The translations under genes were made by a program, and so were the position numbers. Shown here in pieces: positions 60,286-64,000 of a stretch of DNA of 64,000 nt. Origin of the DNA: an uncultured Acidimicrobiia bacterium (GTDB taxonomy: Bacteria > Acidobacteriota > Terriglobia > Versatilivoradales > Versatilivoraceae); the NCBI GenBank assembly GCA_963786955.1, contig CAWBAT010000004.1, forward strand, positions 32,001 to 96,000, in the 5' to 3' direction. Positions within the stretch are counted from its first letter, which is position 1. Every line of letters begins with the position of its first letter. Below the pieces are notes generated by a model. The model ran no database searches. It was given only the letters and a program-made list of their open reading frames with translations, and had not been told where the DNA came from.

Positions 60286-60533
60286 GAGTAAGCCTTTTCG
60301 CAAAGCGTGATTCCTAGTACGTCCTTCTCGGCGTTCACTTCCAACTTCCGGAGCCGATTTGCCGCACTAACTCAGAATCGTTCAGTTCAATTTGCATCAG
60401 CACATGTATTATGTGTAACGAAGTGGCTACTCGTTACCCATCACAGTATCGAAGGCAGGGCCTTGTATCAGGGCGGTTAGCCCACAGACAAGAAGAAGGT
60501 AAATTAATCATTCATCAAGAAAAGGAGAATTCT

Positions 60534-61031
60534 ATGGGTGCCAAAGAAGCCAAGACGGTAGCAGATTTCTTAATCGCCGATTTCGAAAACGAAATGAAAA
60601 CGACCCTCCGTGTCATCGAGTCGGTTCCCAACAGCCATCTCGACTACCGGCCGGAGTTGAAGTCCAAGACCGCTCTAGGACTTGTCCGACACATCACTCT
60701 TGAAGATGAGTGGCTGCTGAACTCCATCGCAAACGGGGAATTCACGCCTCCCCCTGACGATTCTGACGCCTGCGGCATCATGAATCCGGCCGACGCCGTT
60801 TCCCGTTACAAGGAAAAAGTTCCAGCTGCCCTGGATCGCGTTCGCGCTATGTCCGGTGAGAAATTAGCCGACATCATCGATCTGTTCGGTATGATCAAAG
60901 CGCCCGGCATCAACTTTCTTGCCATGGCGATCAAGCATTCGGTCCATCACCGCGGCCAGCTCAGCACCTACCTGCGCCCGATGGGCGGTAAGGTCCCAGG
61001 GATCTACGGGCCTTCCGCCGACACTCAGTAG
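60534..61031 (+). CDS. DinB family protein
   Basis: LVRHI, HSVHHRGQLSTYLR, VPGIYGPSAD; AAGGAG RBS. Confidence 0.9.
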   Translation: MGAKEAKTVADFLIADFENEMKTTLRVIESVPNSHLDYRPELKSKTALGLVRHITLEDEWLLNSIANGEFTPPPDDSDACGIMNPADAVSRYKEKVPAALDRVRAMSGEKLADIIDLFGMIKAPGINFLAMAIKHSVHHRGQLSTYLRPMGGKVPGIYGPSADTQ

Positions 61032-61453
61032 CAATGGAATCGAAGCACGGATCGGCACGGAGTAAAGCCGAATTGCGAAGTGGGGCGGGCGGAATTTTTA
61101 TCTATGGGCTGATTTGTCTGTGACTTGCGAGATGCCGAGGAAAGGAGAAAAGTGTAACGATCACCTGCGAATTCAGGTGGAACGGACGCTCCGTCGCGCG
61201 TTCACTGAGCGTGCGCCAGGGGGACAGCGGTCCCACTCGCCCGCTCCACCTGGCGACGCTCACACAACTTCGGAATTCGGGATAAATTAGACAGGTCGGC
61301 GAAAATCGCCTTTTGTGTAATAGGGAGGCAGCACGTGACACATCTTGGTATCAGACGCGGGCCATTCCCATTCGGCATTCCACCCTACACAAGGAGAACA
61401 GAAATTGAGCGCAAATAAATAAAGAAACAAGCAACCGCAAGGATGGTAAATCT

Positions 61454-62254
61454 ATGGATTCCTACAAGGCTATGTCCGATATCGAGGTCATCACCTCGAA
61501 TTTCCCGATCCCGGGCTACGGACTGGTGCCGATCAACTCATTCGTCATAAAGGGCTCGGAGCCGATCCTAGTCGACACTGGATCCGTGGTGGAGAGTGAG
61601 GAGTTCATGACTACCCTGCGGTCGGTCATCGATCCAGCCGACCTGAAGTGGATCTGGGTCACCCATACGGACTTCGACCATATCGGCGGTTTGCCTCAGT
61701 TGCTCGCCGAGAACCCGAAGCTCCGGGTGATTACTACCTTTCTCGGCGTGGGCATCATGAGCCTGTCCGCCCCGCTGCCGATGGATAGGGTCTATCTTCT
61801 CAATCCGGGCGAGAAGCTTACAGTGGGCAACCGCACACTCACTGCTATCAGACCCCCGGCGTTCGACAACCCTTCCACCACTGGCTTCTACGATGATAAG
61901 TCGGGGGTGTTCTTCAGCTCCGACTGCTTTGGCGCGCTCCTCTCAAGGATTCCCCAGAACGCCGCTGAGCTCTCGGACAAGGATTTGCGGGATGGGCAGG
62001 TCTTTTGGGCGACCTTGGACGCGCCGTGGCTGCATAAAGTGGATCGCGGCGCTTTTGCGAGGGAACTGGACGGCATCCGTAAAATGCAGCCGAAGATGGT
62101 CCTCAGTAGCCATCTGCCAGCCGCCCCAGGAGACATGGTAGAACGTTTGCTGGGGTATCTTGCGGTCGCCCCGACAGCTCAGCCGTTCGTCGGACCGAAT
62201 CAGGCGGCGCTGGAGCAAATGTTAAAGAAAATGACCGAACCCTCTCAGGGTTAG
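61454..62254 (+). CDS. MBL-fold metallo-hydrolase (stand-alone FprA-like domain)
   Basis: LVDTG, THTDFDHIG, FSSDCFG, SSH. Confidence 0.88.
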   Translation: MDSYKAMSDIEVITSNFPIPGYGLVPINSFVIKGSEPILVDTGSVVESEEFMTTLRSVIDPADLKWIWVTHTDFDHIGGLPQLLAENPKLRVITTFLGVGIMSLSAPLPMDRVYLLNPGEKLTVGNRTLTAIRPPAFDNPSTTGFYDDKSGVFFSSDCFGALLSRIPQNAAELSDKDLRDGQVFWATLDAPWLHKVDRGAFARELDGIRKMQPKMVLSSHLPAAPGDMVERLLGYLAVAPTAQPFVGPNQAALEQMLKKMTEPSQG

Positions 62255-64000
62255 CCCAACTTCGTCACGTTAGAGTCGATTTTAGTTTTTTTTGATGGTT
62301 GGGGCGAGGGAAGTGGTTTGTTTACAGCACTGGGATTGTGGAAAGCCGATGTAGTGCAGACCTACCCCCTTGTGTGGGCTCGATCGGCATGTCACTATCG
62401 GGCCTTATGTTTCTGCGATCTCATCAGCGAAGCAAAGATGGTAAGGATCATCGTTACTGGTCTTTGGTCGAGACGGTTCGCACGCCTGACGGGCCAAGGC
62501 AGCGAACGCTCTGTTACCTGGGAGAACTGAATGGCAACGCGCAGGCCCGTTGGCTAAAGACCATTGAGGTGTTCAACGAACAAGGGGAAAGTCGTCAGTT
62601 AAAGTTGTTTCCGGCGGAGGTGGAGTTTTCCGACAACGATCCGAATGTGGCGCGAGTGTTGTTGAAGAAAGTTCGTTTGGAACGAACGCGCCAGTTTGGA
62701 AACTGTTTTTTGGGTCTGGAACTGTGGAAGCGACTGGGACTGGATCGGTTTTACGAAGGGCAGCTGGATCAAGAGAGGGCCCAGGTTGGCTGGTCACGGG
62801 TGGCGGCGGTTCTGGCGATCAACCGGCTGTGTGCTCCTGGCAGTGAGTTGTCGATTGAAGAGCGTTGGTATCCGTCCACAGCCTTGGATGATCTGCTGGG
62901 GATCGGGGAGGGCCAGCTCAACGACACCCGCCTGTATCGTTGTCTGGATCGGTTGTTGCCGCACAAGAAGAAGCTGGAACAACATCTCAAGCAGCGTTAT
63001 GGGGAACTATTTGGGGCGGAGTTTGATGTTCTGCTGTATGACCTGACGAGCAGTTATGTGGAAGGGGCCGCCGAGCAGAACCCGCTGCTGCAGCGCGGGT
63101 ATTCGCGGGATCACCGGCCCGACTGCAAGCAGTTGATCATCGCTTTGATTGTGAATGTCGAGGGATTTCCATTCAGTTACGAGACTATGGATGGAGACCG
63201 TGCGGATGTGACCACGCTGGAAACGATGTTGCAAATGGTGGAGCGAAAGTATGGAAAGGCACGGCGGGTGTGGGTATTTGACCGGGGGATCGTCAGTGAG
63301 GAGAACCTAGCTGCTTTGCGAAAACGCGGGGGGCAGTATTTGGTGGGAACGCCGCGGAAGAAGTTGAAGGAGTTTGAACAGGAGTTACTGGCAGGGGGCT
63401 GGGAGCGGGTGCGGCCGGAGGTGGAAGTGAAACTGGTCGCGACGCCTGCCGGGGGAAGAAACCTACGTGTTGTGCCGGACGGCCGCTCGCCAGCAGAAAG
63501 AGAAGGCGATTCGGAGTCGTTTCTCGGCCCGGATCGAGGAGGCGCTCGGTCGACTCGCCAAACGCGTGCGGGAGGGAAGGCTCAAAGACCGCAACAAGAT
63601 CGAGCGCCAGATCGGAAAGATCCAAGCCCGCCATCCCCAGGTGGCCGATTTGTACCAGATGGATGTGGAGGAAACCAGCCAGGGGCTTCGCTTCGTCTGG
63701 AAGCTGGTGAAGGACTGCCAAGCGTGGCAGCAACTGCGCGAGGGCGCTTACCTGCTGAGGACCAATCTGCAGGCTGGGAGCGCCGAACAGCTCTGGAACC
63801 AATACATCCAACTGACGGAAGCCGAGGCGGCGTTTCGTGTCTTAAAGAGCGAGCTGTTGATTCGTCCGCTCTTTCATCAGCTCGAACGCCGCGTGAAGTC
63901 CCATGTCTTGGTGGCTTTCCTGGGTTACGCGCTCTGGGTGACGCTCAAACATCTGCTTCATCGAAAAGGCTCAAAGCTGTCTCCGGCCAAAGCCTTGTCG
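62255..64000 (+). mobile_element. IS1634-family insertion sequence, left portion (left end approximate)
   Basis: Transposase from 62407; the end is inferred at CCCAACTT directly after the MBL stop codon. Confidence 0.7.
62407..64000 (+). pseudogene. IS1634-family DDE transposase, partial, with a frameshift in the G5 run at 63451-63455
   Basis: MFLRSHQRSKDGKDHRYWSLVETVR; LYDLTSSY, GYSRDHRPDCKQ, VFDRG; after the shift, EGAYLLRTN, LTEAEAAFRVLKSEL, RVKSHVLVAFL. Confidence 0.9.

Noticed and set aside
63440-63470. Programmed ribosomal frameshift in the transposase
   Set aside because: IS1634 transposases are normally single ORFs, the needed shift is +1 in a G run, and similar indels occur in unrelated genes here
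1-64000. CRISPR array, tRNA or rRNA genes
   Set aside because: No regularly spaced identical repeats with unique spacers, and no tRNA cloverleaf or rRNA signature was recognised by eye

Overview
Bacterial genomic window, probably Acidobacteriota. This is inferred from an Acidobacteria-type VWA gene, two PSD1/cytochrome-c + DUF1501 pairs and many Sec/Tat-exported hypothetical proteins. It is mostly accessory and metabolic DNA: sugar epimerases, an Ldh_2 oxidoreductase, HpcH aldolase, 2-hydroxyacid dehydrogenase, a UroD-family protein, gluconolactonase, an MFS transporter and a GH78-SDR-RhaT rhamnoside operon. It also holds a fused GltD-like/PyrK-like (NfnB-NfnA-like) flavo-FeS protein, a 1.4k-aa exported repeat protein upstream of VWA-TPR-rnc-lepB, a Tm-1-like UPF0261 + TIM-barrel + atypical class II aldolase operon, a hybrid kinase/PP2C pair and a partial IS1634. 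Intergenic spaces are dense with several families of REP-like palindromes, including a nested cluster and a truncated IS200/RAYT-type transposase still enclosed by inverted repeats. Three genes carry single-base frameshifts at short G/C runs (possibly assembly errors) and one has an in-frame TAA. No rRNA, tRNA or CRISPR array was recognised. All family assignments come from reading motifs by eye; no searches were run.
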